From a virus (Duplodnaviria; Caudoviricetes), in the IMG/VR virus record IMGVR_UViG_3300033407_000006, positions 10,877 through 74,876 of that record: a stretch of DNA of 64,000 bases. One strand, written 5' to 3'. Position 1 is the first letter of the stretch. Every line of letters starts with the position of its first letter. The notes beneath the pieces are model-generated. The model did not search any database. It had not been told where the DNA came from and worked only from the letters and a program-made list of their open reading frames with translations. Positions 1-9,532 of this stretch are shown in pieces. Made by a program: the position numbers and the translations under genes.

Positions 1-509
1 GCGATACGGTCCACCTTGAAGATCTCGGATTGATTGAATTGGCCGGGGATGAACGACACGATATTGCCGGTCACGCTTTGGAGCATGCCGGGCAGGATCA
101 GGGCGATCATGCGATCTCGCATCATGGCCTGGGCGCTGTCGGCGGTGTCGAGCTTTGCGCTCTCGAAGATGCCCACGCCCTTAGCGTTACCATGGGAAAC
201 CGCGATAGCGTTTTCAGTGGCGGCGTAGGCGCTCGCCAGCAGGTCGTCGGAGGGCATGCGGCCACGGGTCAGGCAGTATTGCCGCACGGCGTTGGAGTGA
301 GTCGCCTGGATAAAGGCGGCGTTGGGACCGCAGGACTCGTAAATGGTGTGCTGAGTCTCGGCCTCAAGGCGCTCGTTGCGCTTGCCGCTCTCCAGGATGA
401 ACTTGCCGTTTTGGGGGTCGATGACGGGCTCGACAATAGCCTTCTTCAGCTTGGTGGCCTTGTCGAGTACGTCGGCAACCTGATTATCGTACTGATCAGT
501 TCCGCGCAT
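1..509 (-). CDS. Major capsid protein, P1 gp23-like (5' part; runs off window)
   Basis: Not in the ORF track. Manual translation MRGTDQYDNQ...RMPSDDLLASAYAATENAI...MIALILPGMLQSVTGNIVSFIPGQFNQSEIFKV resembles P1 gp23. AAGGAG RBS upstream. Confidence 0.8.
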   Translation of the reverse strand, partial: MRGTDQYDNQVADVLDKATKLKKAIVEPVIDPQNGKFILESGKRNERLEAETQHTIYESCGPNAAFIQATHSNAVRQYCLTRGRMPSDDLLASAYAATENAIAVSHGNAKGVGIFESAKLDTADSAQAMMRDRMIALILPGMLQSVTGNIVSFIPGQFNQSEIFKVDRI

Positions 510-578
510 TGGTTTTGCTCCTTTTTCTTTGGTGGACGTTTTGCGCGGCCAACCCGCGCCACTTTACAAATCTCTTGC

Positions 579-617
579 AGCCTACAACCCGGCGGCAAAA
601 CGGATAAACAGGCGCAA
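579..617 (-). promoter_or_regulatory. Putative late promoter TGTTTATC-N18-TAGGCT upstream of the capsid gene
   Basis: Same motif occurs upstream of portal (45976-46013) and darB (54940-54970). Confidence 0.55.
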
Positions 618-682
618 ATGCAAAAGATTTCGGGCGTCTACGCGGAAAAGATCGCTGTTGCCTTCTTCTCTTCTTTTTTGTG

Positions 683-711
683 TTGACATTTATACGGTGT
701 GAGACTACTGT
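683..711 (+). promoter_or_regulatory. Sigma70-type promoter TTGACA-N17-TACTGT
   Basis: Consensus -35 with 17-nt spacer. Near-identical context at 46079-46107. Heads a plus-strand gene island. Confidence 0.7.
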
Positions 712-1023
712 TTCACCATGCGAGGCGGCAATTGGTGGGAAAGCCTACGGGCAAGTAACGCCGCGAGTTGGTGGCTCGTTAAAATCACCCGGTCTTGGGT
801 TTCGCCAGCCCTCACCGTCACAAACGCAGGCGCGTCGGGATGGCACGCACCCGCGAGATCCGGCAGGCAGCAGGGCCTTGACCCTGTTCCGTTCCCCCTG
901 CCGAGAGCCTACCCGGCAAGGGGGAGAGCGGCCCCCTATGGTCCATTGTCGGCGGGTGCAATGGACAGGAGCCCCGGAAGAGGGGAATAGAGCCCGCACT
1001 TAACTTGCACTGGCAGGGGGAGC

Positions 1024-1440
1024 ATGAACGACACACAAAGCAAAGCCGCAATGAAGATGGTTTTTGAGATGGGGATCGCCCTTGGCGCGATTAGCGGCGA
1101 CAAGCGGCTGACCCTGATACAGGACGGGAAGGGGGATGTTCGTTGGCTCATTGATAATGCAACCCGGTTCAAGGTTCCGGGCGGGTCCATCATCGAACTG
1201 ATTTGCCGCGAAGGAGAAGACCCGAAAAAGCACTTCGGCGACATCTACGAAGCCCTTGTCGCGTTCTGGCCTGTCGATAACGACTTGGCCGGATTCGAGT
1301 CTCGGGCTGCGGGGCTGTTGAGGGATCTGTGGTTGGTAGAGCGTTCGCTAGGGCTTACCGATGCCGTGCGCTTGGCGCAGGAATTGACAACGGCCCTGTC
1401 GGCCAAGCGGAAGGAGGGCAACCATGCAGCAGCCTCCTGA
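1024..1440 (+). CDS. Hypothetical protein
   Basis: 138-aa ORF with GGGGGAG RBS, first gene of the plus-strand island. Confidence 0.65.
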   Translation: MNDTQSKAAMKMVFEMGIALGAISGDKRLTLIQDGKGDVRWLIDNATRFKVPGGSIIELICREGEDPKKHFGDIYEALVAFWPVDNDLAGFESRAAGLLRDLWLVERSLGLTDAVRLAQELTTALSAKRKEGNHAAAS

Positions 1441-1627
1441 GTGCCCCGTCTGCAAGGAAGCCATGACCTTCGTTCATGGCTGCGGTTGGGACTATGACCG
1501 CTGGTTTTGTACCAATATGGTCGGCAGGTTCGAGCTTTGTTCGGAGGAAATAGAGCTTGACGAATCGACGTACCCGGAAGGCGTCGGTGACGTGTCCGGG
1601 CTTGGACCGAAAGAGCGGAGGAAATAG
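1424..1627 (+). CDS. Small Cys-rich (Zn-ribbon-like) protein
   Basis: CPVC...C...C, RBS GGAGGG, overlaps previous stop. Confidence 0.55.
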   Translation: MQQPPECPVCKEAMTFVHGCGWDYDRWFCTNMVGRFELCSEEIELDESTYPEGVGDVSGLGPKERRK

Positions 1628-1691
1628 GGGCCTCTTCGCCCTTTTGCGTATCAAAACCAGTAAAAATGAGAAACAAGGGAGGTTGTGTATC

Positions 1692-1952
1692 ATGGGTGAA
1701 GCACAAGAGACTGAAAAGACCGACACTATTTTCGTTTTGGCCCGCAATATCGCCGACGCAAAGGCCTATGCACATAAGCGCAGGTTTGGTTTTTCTAGAA
1801 TGGTTTACGTCACACGGGTGAGCAAGATGAAGTCAATCAGCGGGAAAGCGCTCCATGTCGTCAATGGGGCACAGAATCGCGGCGATTATTCTAGGCTGCT
1901 GGAGGAAGCCAGAAAACATAACATTCAAATCCGACTTGTGGAATGCCCTTAG
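1692..1952 (+). CDS. Hypothetical protein
   Basis: GGAGG RBS before ATG 1692, followed by a terminator. Confidence 0.55.
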   Translation: MGEAQETEKTDTIFVLARNIADAKAYAHKRRFGFSRMVYVTRVSKMKSISGKALHVVNGAQNRGDYSRLLEEARKHNIQIRLVECP

Positions 1953-1981
1953 ACCGATAGGGTATCTCTTTCTCTTTCCTC

Positions 1982-2011
1982 AAAGGGCCTTGCGAACAAG
2001 GCCCTTTTTTA
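1982..2011. terminator. Bidirectional intrinsic terminator
   Basis: AAAGGGCCTTG-CGAA-CAAGGCCCTTT followed by a T-run, between convergent genes. Confidence 0.8.
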
Positions 2012-2018
2012 TTCCTGT

Positions 2019-2921
2019 CTACATCGGCGCGCTCGGCGTCGAGGTCGTCCCGCCGCCGTCGCCCGTCTCCTGGTGCGTGTGCGTATTGTAAACGCCCCTC
2101 ATAGCCGCCATGGTCCCGGTCGGGTCGGAAACGCTCGTTGCCGAAGAGAGCGCCCCGGTCACAACGGCTGTCCCGGCCACGGTCAACGCTCCCTGAACGG
2201 CCAAGTTCCCGCTGCACGTTGTCTGCGGAGCCGTCAAGTTGACGCTGGTTGCCGTTACCGTGGCGGTTTCCGTGGTAACGCTTGTGCTGCCCGTGATATC
2301 CGCCGTCAAGTTGCCCGTGACGGCGGCATCCACGTTGCCGCCCACGGTAATTTCGGCGTTCCCTTCGGCTGAAGCGTACAAATCGCCTTGGCCGTGAATG
2401 ATGATGTTCCCGTCCTTGTCGATAGCGATCTCTGACCCGGTGGCCCGGTGGACGACGGAGACAGCCCCTTGCCGCTTGACCTGGATCGAAATGCCGTGCT
2501 GAGTGAAAACAACGTCCTCATGGTAGGCGCTCGGGTCCGGCGCAGGCTGGCCCCCCGTGCGCGAGTGCTCATGCGCTTGCGCCCCGGAGAACGCTTCGTG
2601 GGGAACGTCCGGCACCTTGCCCGGCGCGAAGTGCATAGAGCCGGTGATCCTCGGGCGGCGGGTATCGCCTTGGTACGGGAAATCGACCCAGATCCAATCA
2701 CCCGTTTTCACCGGGCAGAATCCGCCCTCGTTGGCCCTGGCCCCCAGGGGTAGCCGGTATTCGGCCCAGGGGAGGCCGCTCTTGGGAACGTCGTCGGGGA
2801 AGATGCCCACGGGTCGGACTTGAACGCGCAACATCCCTTCCGGGTCATCCACGCTGACCACTTGCGCCGGAACCTCGCCGAAGACGCGGCTTGTTTCGGC
2901 CTTGTCGTGCTGTTTTTTCAT
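2019..2921 (-). CDS. Baseplate central spike (gpV/Gp5-like, P1 gp5-like)
   Basis: N-terminal OB-fold (VVSVDDPEGMLRVQVR...WA...P..G..VWV.F..GD..RP), beta-repeat body, C-terminal HTH (NTHTH) metal motif. Confidence 0.85.
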   Translation of the reverse strand: MKKQHDKAETSRVFGEVPAQVVSVDDPEGMLRVQVRPVGIFPDDVPKSGLPWAEYRLPLGARANEGGFCPVKTGDWIWVDFPYQGDTRRPRITGSMHFAPGKVPDVPHEAFSGAQAHEHSRTGGQPAPDPSAYHEDVVFTQHGISIQVKRQGAVSVVHRATGSEIAIDKDGNIIIHGQGDLYASAEGNAEITVGGNVDAAVTGNLTADITGSTSVTTETATVTATSVNLTAPQTTCSGNLAVQGALTVAGTAVVTGALSSATSVSDPTGTMAAMRGVYNTHTHQETGDGGGTTSTPSAPM

Positions 2922-3886
2922 AGGACGGCCCCTTTCACCCGGCAGACGTATTTCTGCGATTGGTAATGGTGCGCCACGGACTCCACAAGCACCTTCTCGG
3001 GCACGGACTCATCCAATGGGCTATCCACACGCTCCACGGCAAAGCGAAGCGCCAGTGTCAGCCCTGGAGCAATGCCTCCGTTCCCGCTGGCGGTGAAATC
3101 GATAGCCGGGACCGGAAGGGTCCAGTGATTGTCGAGCGCAAACGGCGTCCGGCAGGGAAGGAACTCTTCAGGTTCGCCCCGGCCCTTGCTGCCCCGCACT
3201 GGCCCCCGCACCATGTCCCAGCCGATGTACTGCCGGTCAATGCGGTCCCGAATCAACGAGGCCGCTCCGGGAAGGCTGTAGTGCGCGACGGAAAGCGGCT
3301 CCCTCGGGGCGTTGTGAAAGTAGGTCATGGCGGCTTCGGCGGCGAAGAGATCCGCCAGGGCCTCGAAGTGCAGAACCCCGCGCCGGTAGAAACAAGCCGC
3401 GCCGTTTTCCGTCGCCATTTGCCTCAGCAGCTTCGTGGGCCGCATTCCTGGCAAGAGGTGATAGGTCGCCTCCGGGAAGCGCCCGGCCTGATGCTTACCC
3501 GGCACCAGTTGAGCCAGGATGGTCTTGATGGGTTTGCGGGCGAAGAGCTGCGCCTTCTTGGCCGGTTGCTTCAGTGCCCAAACGGTGCTCTCGAACCCCT
3601 GGAAGGTCACATAGTCGCCTTTGACAACCGGCGTCGTGGTCGTGAGGCTGAAAACGCGGTCAAGCTGATCCTCGCCGAAGCGGTCTGAAAGAAAAACCTC
3701 GAACTCATCCCCTGCAACGACGCGGAGATCGTCCCGGAAGAGCCGGTAGGGGTCTCTCAGGGTGAACTCGAATCTCGGCCCGGACAGATCCATGGTCTCC
3801 ACCAGCGTGAAGGAACTCAGCCACGACAGATCCAGGTCTTGCCCGCTGCGCTTATGGGTGATTCGCTGGACGAGGATGTCCGCCAT
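2918..3886 (-). CDS. Baseplate hub protein (P1 gp6-like)
   Basis: 322 aa, immediately upstream of the spike, P1 gene order 7-24-6-5. Confidence 0.65.
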   Translation of the reverse strand: MADILVQRITHKRSGQDLDLSWLSSFTLVETMDLSGPRFEFTLRDPYRLFRDDLRVVAGDEFEVFLSDRFGEDQLDRVFSLTTTTPVVKGDYVTFQGFESTVWALKQPAKKAQLFARKPIKTILAQLVPGKHQAGRFPEATYHLLPGMRPTKLLRQMATENGAACFYRRGVLHFEALADLFAAEAAMTYFHNAPREPLSVAHYSLPGAASLIRDRIDRQYIGWDMVRGPVRGSKGRGEPEEFLPCRTPFALDNHWTLPVPAIDFTASGNGGIAPGLTLALRFAVERVDSPLDESVPEKVLVESVAHHYQSQKYVCRVKGAVL

Positions 3887-4572
3887 TACCGTATGAACTC
3901 CGTCATGTTGAAGATGACCGTCACCGGGTCCGCCGGGGTCGCGCCTTCGCCGAAAATGAGCTGCGTGTTGACCGTCAAGGACGTTGAGACCATGAACAGC
4001 CGCCCCTCGCTGCGCTGCTTGCTCTCGTCGGTGAGCAATACGGCCTTGTGGTCATTGATCGCCGCCCGGACATCGAACACGTCCGCTCCCAAGCGATAGG
4101 GCACGGTGAAGGCGTCATTGAACGCGGCATGGCGATACCACGCCAAGCACAGCTTATCCAGGGAGGGCTTATCCCATGAGGCGAAGCGCAAGGTGTATTC
4201 CAGTTGACAGGGCAGGACTTCGAGCTGGTAGGCGTTGCTCAGGGCGTCGTTGTAGCCCCAGCGGCCCCGGACGTTTCCATACTGATCCCCGTTGGTCAGG
4301 CCCGGCTTGCGGGTGTAGTAGGCCAGCGGGAGATCCACGGCGTTTGTGGTCTTCCCGTCAGCGGCGCGGGCCCCGGCCTTCTGCTTCAGCACGGCCTTGA
4401 GGACATCGGCGGGCATATCCCCGTCGTAGCGGAAGATCTGCCGATTCGTGGGCCGGGCAAGAAATCCCTGCCATTCCTTCGGCCCGGTGTTCGGGTTGTG
4501 CCCGGTGAAGGCGGCGGCAATGTAAGCACCTATGGCGAAATCGACGGCCTGGAGTTCGCTGGTTTCGATCAT
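3886..4572 (-). CDS. Tail/baseplate protein (P1 gp24-like)
   Basis: DLPLAYYTRKP motif and synteny. Confidence 0.55.
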   Translation of the reverse strand: MIETSELQAVDFAIGAYIAAAFTGHNPNTGPKEWQGFLARPTNRQIFRYDGDMPADVLKAVLKQKAGARAADGKTTNAVDLPLAYYTRKPGLTNGDQYGNVRGRWGYNDALSNAYQLEVLPCQLEYTLRFASWDKPSLDKLCLAWYRHAAFNDAFTVPYRLGADVFDVRAAINDHKAVLLTDESKQRSEGRLFMVSTSLTVNTQLIFGEGATPADPVTVIFNMTEFIR

Positions 4573-5069
4573 GGCGTGTTCCTTTCACCGTCGCCGAAGG
4601 CCCGGAACGGGACGCAGAAGTGCTTTTTCCAGATATGCGGGGCGCTGCCTATGGCCTCGCTGTTCTGAACGTAGTAGTTGACGATCACGGCCTCGTCCTG
4701 GTTGACGTATTCCTCGAACTGGATAACGGTCTGCTTCGGCACGTCGTTTTCACTCAGCAGCAGGAGGATCGGCTCATCGGTCTGCCCGTCGTTTTCGTCG
4801 CCGCCGTCATCCACCAGCCCCATGGCGAAGGGAGACGGCAGGCGCACGCGCACGGCCCGCGCTTCGATGGGGTCGCGGTATTCCATGTGCCGCTCATCCA
4901 GGTCCAGCGCCCCGACGACATCGGCGTTTTCGGCCACGGTTTCGGCGGTCGAATAATCAGGAACGAACAGCAGCACCTCGAAGGCGTCCGGGTGCATGTC
5001 GATATGCGTTTGCAGGTTCGACTTTACGGCGGCTGCCGTATCGCGGTAATCCCTCGGCTTCAAGGTCAT
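4569..5069 (-). CDS. Tail protein (P1 gp7-like)
   Basis: Synteny, 166 aa, overlapping start/stop codons. Confidence 0.5.
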   Translation of the reverse strand: MTLKPRDYRDTAAAVKSNLQTHIDMHPDAFEVLLFVPDYSTAETVAENADVVGALDLDERHMEYRDPIEARAVRVRLPSPFAMGLVDDGGDENDGQTDEPILLLLSENDVPKQTVIQFEEYVNQDEAVIVNYYVQNSEAIGSAPHIWKKHFCVPFRAFGDGERNTP

Positions 5070-6262
5070 AGCAGCCCCTCATCCTTGGCTATCTGCATCA
5101 GGTCGTCTTTGGATGCCCCAGGCGTGTTCTTTACCAAGTTATCGATCATCGTCTCCAGCGGGGCCCCGGTCGCCGCCAGGGTCTTGAGAATGCCGGTCCA
5201 CTGGTTGCGGACCTGCGTTTGCAGCCGCCTGCGCTCTTCGATCTCCCTCTTCGCAACCTTCTCGGCTACGGCCCTCTCCATTTTGGCCCGCATTGCTTTC
5301 TTGTTCGCCTCCCTGAGTCGTTCCTGTGCGTCTTTGGTGGCCTTGCTCGATGCTTTCCGGGCAAAGGCCTCTTGAGCCTTCTTGTAGAGCTGCCATTCCT
5401 TTTGTGCTTCCTGCTCTTCAAACTGCTTCCGGGCTCGCTCTGTCTTCTTGACCTCATCTTTCTTGAGGTACTTGGCGACGCGCTTCGGGTCGCCGGTGAA
5501 GGAAACCGCCGCGCTCTGCTCTTCGAGCTTCTTGGCGAGAATCCCTTGGACGGACGGCGATTGCAGCATGCTGATGCACTTCAGGACGTGCTTGCAGCAG
5601 GCCCCGCGCAGCTTGGGATTTCGGATTTTCGGAAAGGCATGCTCGAAGGGCCGCAGGGCGAAGCCGCCGATGGTGGCGATGTACCGATACCAGTATTGAT
5701 GCCGCCCGCAGTCGCAGTCAAAAGAGATCCGCCCCTTGGCGACGCGCCGCGCTGCCGGAAGGGGGGCTTCGATGCCGGTCACGGCGCTGTTCCACTCTTC
5801 GAGGCGGATTCTTACCTGATGGTGACGGTGCTCGCTGCGGTCTGAGGCGTTGACCCGAAAATGCGTCTCATCCCCCCGGACGGCGTAGAGGACGGCGGTG
5901 CGGATGCCGCTGCCGTCCTTGACCCGGTTATTCGCCCTGGCGAGGTCGATAGACTGGCTGGCGGATACCAGTTGCAGCGCCGGGACGCCCTTTGTGTCTT
6001 TGCCGAACTTCTTTGCGGCGGCATCCGCCTCTTTGGCGAACTTCTGGAGATCCTGAAGGCTGTACTGAACCGTGAGCCCCTGCCGCCCGTAATCCAGCAC
6101 CAGATCTTTGCCGGACTTGAGGTGCTTTCGCAGCAGGGTCGGGGTCAGCGTCCCGACGGCCTGGGTCCGCTTCTCGCTCTTGGCGGATCGGACGGCTTTG
6201 AATTGGCGGGAGAACCGCTTGAAATCGTCCTGGGTGTATTCGCGGTTCGTCTTCAGGGCCAC
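5066..6262 (-). CDS. P1 gp25-like protein with SWIM-type Zn finger
   Basis: FDCDCGRHQYWYRY...CCKH motif and synteny. Confidence 0.7.
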   Translation of the reverse strand: MALKTNREYTQDDFKRFSRQFKAVRSAKSEKRTQAVGTLTPTLLRKHLKSGKDLVLDYGRQGLTVQYSLQDLQKFAKEADAAAKKFGKDTKGVPALQLVSASQSIDLARANNRVKDGSGIRTAVLYAVRGDETHFRVNASDRSEHRHHQVRIRLEEWNSAVTGIEAPLPAARRVAKGRISFDCDCGRHQYWYRYIATIGGFALRPFEHAFPKIRNPKLRGACCKHVLKCISMLQSPSVQGILAKKLEEQSAAVSFTGDPKRVAKYLKKDEVKKTERARKQFEEQEAQKEWQLYKKAQEAFARKASSKATKDAQERLREANKKAMRAKMERAVAEKVAKREIEERRRLQTQVRNQWTGILKTLAATGAPLETMIDNLVKNTPGASKDDLMQIAKDEGLL

Positions 6263-6265
6263 GGG

Positions 6266-6541
6266 TTATTTCCCGTCACGCTCGTAAAGCGCCTGCCTGA
6301 GATAGACGGTCAAGTCGAGGGCTTCCTGATAGGCGTCCTTGAGCACGTCGCGCCCGTTGTGGGCCCGGAGTCGAACGCCGTGCTTCTTCTCGCCCATCTT
6401 GTCGCGCTCATCGATATCTTTGAGAACGAGATCCCACATGAACGGGCTTTCGCTGGGGATGGACTTGGGCTGCTTCTCGTTGTTGCTGGAGCAGGTGCAG
6501 TTCCCGCCGCAGCCGGTGATGGGGTTAGTCAACAAGTTCAT
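6266..6541 (-). CDS. Hypothetical phage protein
   Basis: GGAGAA RBS before ATG 6541, RDVLKDAYQEALDL motif. Confidence 0.6.
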   Translation of the reverse strand: MNLLTNPITGCGGNCTCSSNNEKQPKSIPSESPFMWDLVLKDIDERDKMGEKKHGVRLRAHNGRDVLKDAYQEALDLTVYLRQALYERDGK

Positions 6542-6554
6542 TTCTCCTTCTCGT

Positions 6555-6797
6555 TCACCTTTGAGGCGTGAAGGCTTGCGTAGCACGGGCACGAAGCTGG
6601 CTCTGAACATCCGGCAGGCTCATTTGCTCCTGCGTAGGCACGACGCGCATTCTCACAGGGTTTTCCTCTTTGCTGTCCAGCGTCCACCGGCTTTCGCATT
6701 TTCGGCACCTCGCTACAACGTCAACCTTCTTTTCGCCGTAATAGTCGATCCTGCCGTCGCACAGGGCACAGCAGGGCACTTCCTTAACCTCGCCCAT
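6555..6797 (-). CDS. Small Cys-rich hypothetical protein
   Basis: CCALC...CRKC, co-oriented with neighbours. Confidence 0.5.
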   Translation of the reverse strand: MGEVKEVPCCALCDGRIDYYGEKKVDVVARCRKCESRWTLDSKEENPVRMRVVPTQEQMSLPDVQSQLRARATQAFTPQR

Positions 6798-6962
6798 GTT
6801 GCCGCAGCAGTCGTTTCCGCTGGCGCTTGCTCATGCCGTCACCGTCAGGCCGGGTCGGTATCTCAACCGATCTGGGCAGAGTCGCGGGCGGCATGGTGCG
6901 CACGGGCGGGGCCGGGTGCGCATTGGCGGCAAGGCCGATCCAGAGCATGAGGGTTGCGATCA

Positions 6963-7409
6963 TCAGAAAGCCTTTCCGTGCAGATAGGGGCGGGCCGCGT
7001 TCTTCTCGATCTTCGTCAGCAGCGCCGTTGCCAGCAGGCCGCCCTGCCCATTGCCCCCGGCATAGGAGAAGACGCGGATCAGGATGTCCGCCAGCTCTTC
7101 ATAGAGTTTTTCACGATCCGCCACGCTGGAGCCGTCGCGGTAGCCTTCGGCCTCCTTGCGATACGTCTCGAACTCCTGCACCAGCATCCGCAGCCCCTTG
7201 ATGAACGCCGCCGTTACCGGGTTCTCGGGCAGCGTCAGATGCTCCAGGGCCTCGGCAACCTCCGTAGCTACCAGCGCAACCTGTGTCCCGTGTTGGCCGG
7301 TATCGAAACCCTTGCTCTTGGCGATGCTGCCGCAGAGTTCGCACAGGTCCGAGATCTGGTAAAAGATGGACCCGAGACTTTCGGGTATCACCGCTTGTTC
7401 TTGGCTCAT
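6963..7409 (-). CDS. MazG-like NTP pyrophosphohydrolase
   Basis: TEVAEALE...EELADILIR acidic motifs. Confidence 0.75.
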   Translation of the reverse strand: MSQEQAVIPESLGSIFYQISDLCELCGSIAKSKGFDTGQHGTQVALVATEVAEALEHLTLPENPVTAAFIKGLRMLVQEFETYRKEAEGYRDGSSVADREKLYEELADILIRVFSYAGGNGQGGLLATALLTKIEKNAARPYLHGKAF

Positions 7410-7501
7410 TTTCCCCTCCGGGCTTTCTTGAGGTCACAACCGCAAGTCGGGCAAAGGCGCTTCTCCTTGGCGACCTTCTTGCTGCATTCAGGGCATTTCA
7501 C
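7406..7501 (-). CDS. 31-aa Zn-ribbon miniprotein
   Basis: Manual translation MKCPECSKK...CPTCG, AAGGAG RBS, ATGA overlap with MazG gene. Confidence 0.5.
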   Translation of the reverse strand: MKCPECSKKVAKEKRLCPTCGCDLKKARRGK

Positions 7502-7562
7502 GATGTCAGTTCTCCTTATCTAGCACAGCCGGGCCGCTGCGCGAAACAGGGCCGGGCTCCGT

Positions 7563-8459
7563 TCATTGAATCATGTGATCGATCAGGGCGAGGATCTGGC
7601 GGGCGCGGGTGATATGGGCGGGGTTGTCGGGTTCGGACATGGCGTCTTCTGCGGCCCCCTGGATCAGCCGCCAGCCGTCGCGGGCGGTCAGGTTGAGGCT
7701 TCCGATAGCTTCAGGCAGTTGCTCCACTTGGCTTTCTCGCTCAGGGCTCGCCGCTGCGGCGTGAAGTCTTCCTTCTTCACGGGTTCGTCCAGGTGATAGT
7801 CCCACTCCATCTGAACTGTCTTCCCTGTCGCATCCTTCAGCGTCATTTTGCCGTAAATTTTGAGTACTTTCCTCAATCCCGCCACTTGTCGCCTCCTGTT
7901 GTGTTGGCTTTCCTTGGGGAAGATCCCACTCCTTGACGGTTTTGCCCCCGTTCTTAACCTTGAGCGGCAACGGGCCAAGGTCAACTGCTTCCCTTTTTTG
8001 CGGCTCTATTCCGTCTTCCTCGCAGGGCAAGCAGGTCAGGCACAGGTAATCGATGACAGCTTCGTTTTGGCAGTCCGGCATAATACATTTGCCCGCTCGA
8101 CCTGCTGCTTTGTTTTTTTGCATCCGCTTATAATCCCTTGTGCGAAGGCCCATGGCGTTATGTTCCCGGTCGCATCCGCGTACTTTGCAGAGCTTGGGCT
8201 CGGCTTTCGGTTTTTCCTTGACCGGCGCTGGCTGTAGAGGTTTGACGGGTTTCTTTTCCTCGATCATTTCGGGCCGGTGAGGTGTCCCGGCCTTGCATTT
8301 CGTGGCATTGCAGCCGCCGCCGGGGAGTTGTCGGGTGCGGCATTGTTGCGCCCAGAAGTTCAAAGATCCGCGCTTCCCGCCCGATTCGGGACAGTGCATG
8401 TCCGGCTCCAGTGCGGGGAGTTGGATGTCTTGGGGCTCTCCTGTCGAGAAACTAGGCAT
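7563..8459 (-). CDS. Cys-rich hypothetical protein (start may be internal)
   Basis: CKVRGCDREH and CIMPDC motifs typical of phage Zn-binding proteins. Confidence 0.5.
   Translation of the reverse strand: MPSFSTGEPQDIQLPALEPDMHCPESGGKRGSLNFWAQQCRTRQLPGGGCNATKCKAGTPHRPEMIEEKKPVKPLQPAPVKEKPKAEPKLCKVRGCDREHNAMGLRTRDYKRMQKNKAAGRAGKCIMPDCQNEAVIDYLCLTCLPCEEDGIEPQKREAVDLGPLPLKVKNGGKTVKEWDLPQGKPTQQEATSGGIEESTQNLRQNDAEGCDREDSSDGVGLSPGRTREEGRLHAAAASPERESQVEQLPEAIGSLNLTARDGWRLIQGAAEDAMSEPDNPAHITRARQILALIDHMIQ
7688..7885 (-). CDS. Possible nested out-of-frame small gene
   Basis: AGGAGG-N6-GTG start, AGLRKVLKIYG...EWDY...SEKAKW. Confidence 0.4.
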   Translation of the reverse strand: MAGLRKVLKIYGKMTLKDATGKTVQMEWDYHLDEPVKKEDFTPQRRALSEKAKWSNCLKLSEAST

Positions 8460-8574
8460 CGTGGCGCTCCATGGGCAGGCCGCAGCAGCGGAAGGCCCCG
8501 AAGGGCTTTCCGGGTGACGGGTGATAGCGCTCTTCGCGTCCGCACTTTCGACAACGGTAAACAGGCGTTTTCAT
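8452..8574 (-). CDS. 40-aa Zn-ribbon miniprotein
   Basis: Manual translation MKTPVYRCRKCG...CCGLPME. Confidence 0.5.
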   Translation of the reverse strand: MKTPVYRCRKCGREERYHPSPGKPFGAFRCCGLPMERHDA

Positions 8575-8594
8575 GACACGCTCCACGGTGTTCG

Positions 8595-9059
8595 TCAGAA
8601 GGGAATATCATCGTCAGGGTTGAAATCGGGCTCGACGCCTGCGTACCCGCCCTGGGGCCCGCCATAGCCGCCTCTCTGCTCCCCGCCCGGCTGCCCGCCG
8701 CGAGGTTGGTTGCCGCCTCCCTGGCCCTCTTCGCGTCCGCCAAGCATCTGCATCTGGTCGGCCACGATCTCGGTGACGTACCGCTTGTTGCCGTCCTTGT
8801 CGTCGTAGGAGCGGGTCTGGATTTTACCCTCGATATAGACCTGCTTGCCCTTGTGCAGGTACTTGCCGCAGATCTCGGCCAACTGCCGCCATGCTACGAC
8901 GTTGTGCCATTCGGTTTTCTCCTGCTGCTGGCCGTCGCGGTCCTTGAACCGCTCCGTCGTCGCCATTGAAAACGTAGCGACGGCTGTGCCGCCCGGAGTG
9001 TAGCGTAATTCGGGGTCTTTCCCGAGGTGTCCTACGAGTATCACTTTGTTGACGCTCAT
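8595..9059 (-). CDS. ssb: Single-stranded DNA-binding protein
   Basis: [21 protein letters not shown]..., TEWH, C-terminal DDDIPF. Confidence 0.98.
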   Translation of the reverse strand: MSVNKVILVGHLGKDPELRYTPGGTAVATFSMATTERFKDRDGQQQEKTEWHNVVAWRQLAEICGKYLHKGKQVYIEGKIQTRSYDDKDGNKRYVTEIVADQMQMLGGREEGQGGGNQPRGGQPGGEQRGGYGGPQGGYAGVEPDFNPDDDIPF

Positions 9060-9177
9060 GCTTCATTGCTCCTGTTCATTGAAAACTCCCCTCCCCCGCC
9101 CGTGTCCTGTGGATTCAATGGGTCAATCCCACGGGCTGGCCGGACCACCCGGCGCGAAGGGGAGGGGGTGCTATACC

Positions 9178-9480
9178 TTACTTAAATGAATCGCTTCGCC
9201 ATTCGCCCCTGTTCAAGCCAGCAGCTCCGTTCGCCTTTTTGACAAAGCCAGTTGCCTCGAAACGGAAGAATCCGCCGAAACAATCACGCAGGCCAACACG
9301 GTCAACCTGAATAGTTTTGCCTTTGTGGCTGTAAACATTGACGACAACATCATCACCGATCTTTACAGGGGAATGCCGTTCGATTATCTCTTGTTTGTGG
9401 GCCAAGGCCCGCTGTTCCGCAGCAACAACTTCAGCCTTGAGTTCTTCGAGTTTCTTGAGGTCTTCCGAAATGCTGTTCAT
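9178..9480 (-). CDS. Hypothetical protein
   Basis: 100 aa, AGGAGG RBS. Confidence 0.65.
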   Translation of the reverse strand: MNSISEDLKKLEELKAEVVAAEQRALAHKQEIIERHSPVKIGDDVVVNVYSHKGKTIQVDRVGLRDCFGGFFRFEATGFVKKANGAAGLNRGEWRSDSFK

Positions 9481-9500
9481 TTATTCCCTCCTTTTTCACC

Positions 9501-9532
9501 ACCATAGCACCGGGAATTTATCAACCCATTCA
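9501..9532 (-). promoter_or_regulatory. Repeated promoter/operator element, copy 1 (TGAATGGGTTGATAAATTC-N5-TGn-TATGGT)
   Basis: 19-bp motif repeated at 13904-13922 and 19309-19327 with constant spacing to an extended -10. Confidence 0.65.

Noticed and set aside
30-686. 218-aa plus-strand ORF
   Set aside because: Antisense shadow of the minus-strand capsid gene. It has no RBS and runs across promoters.
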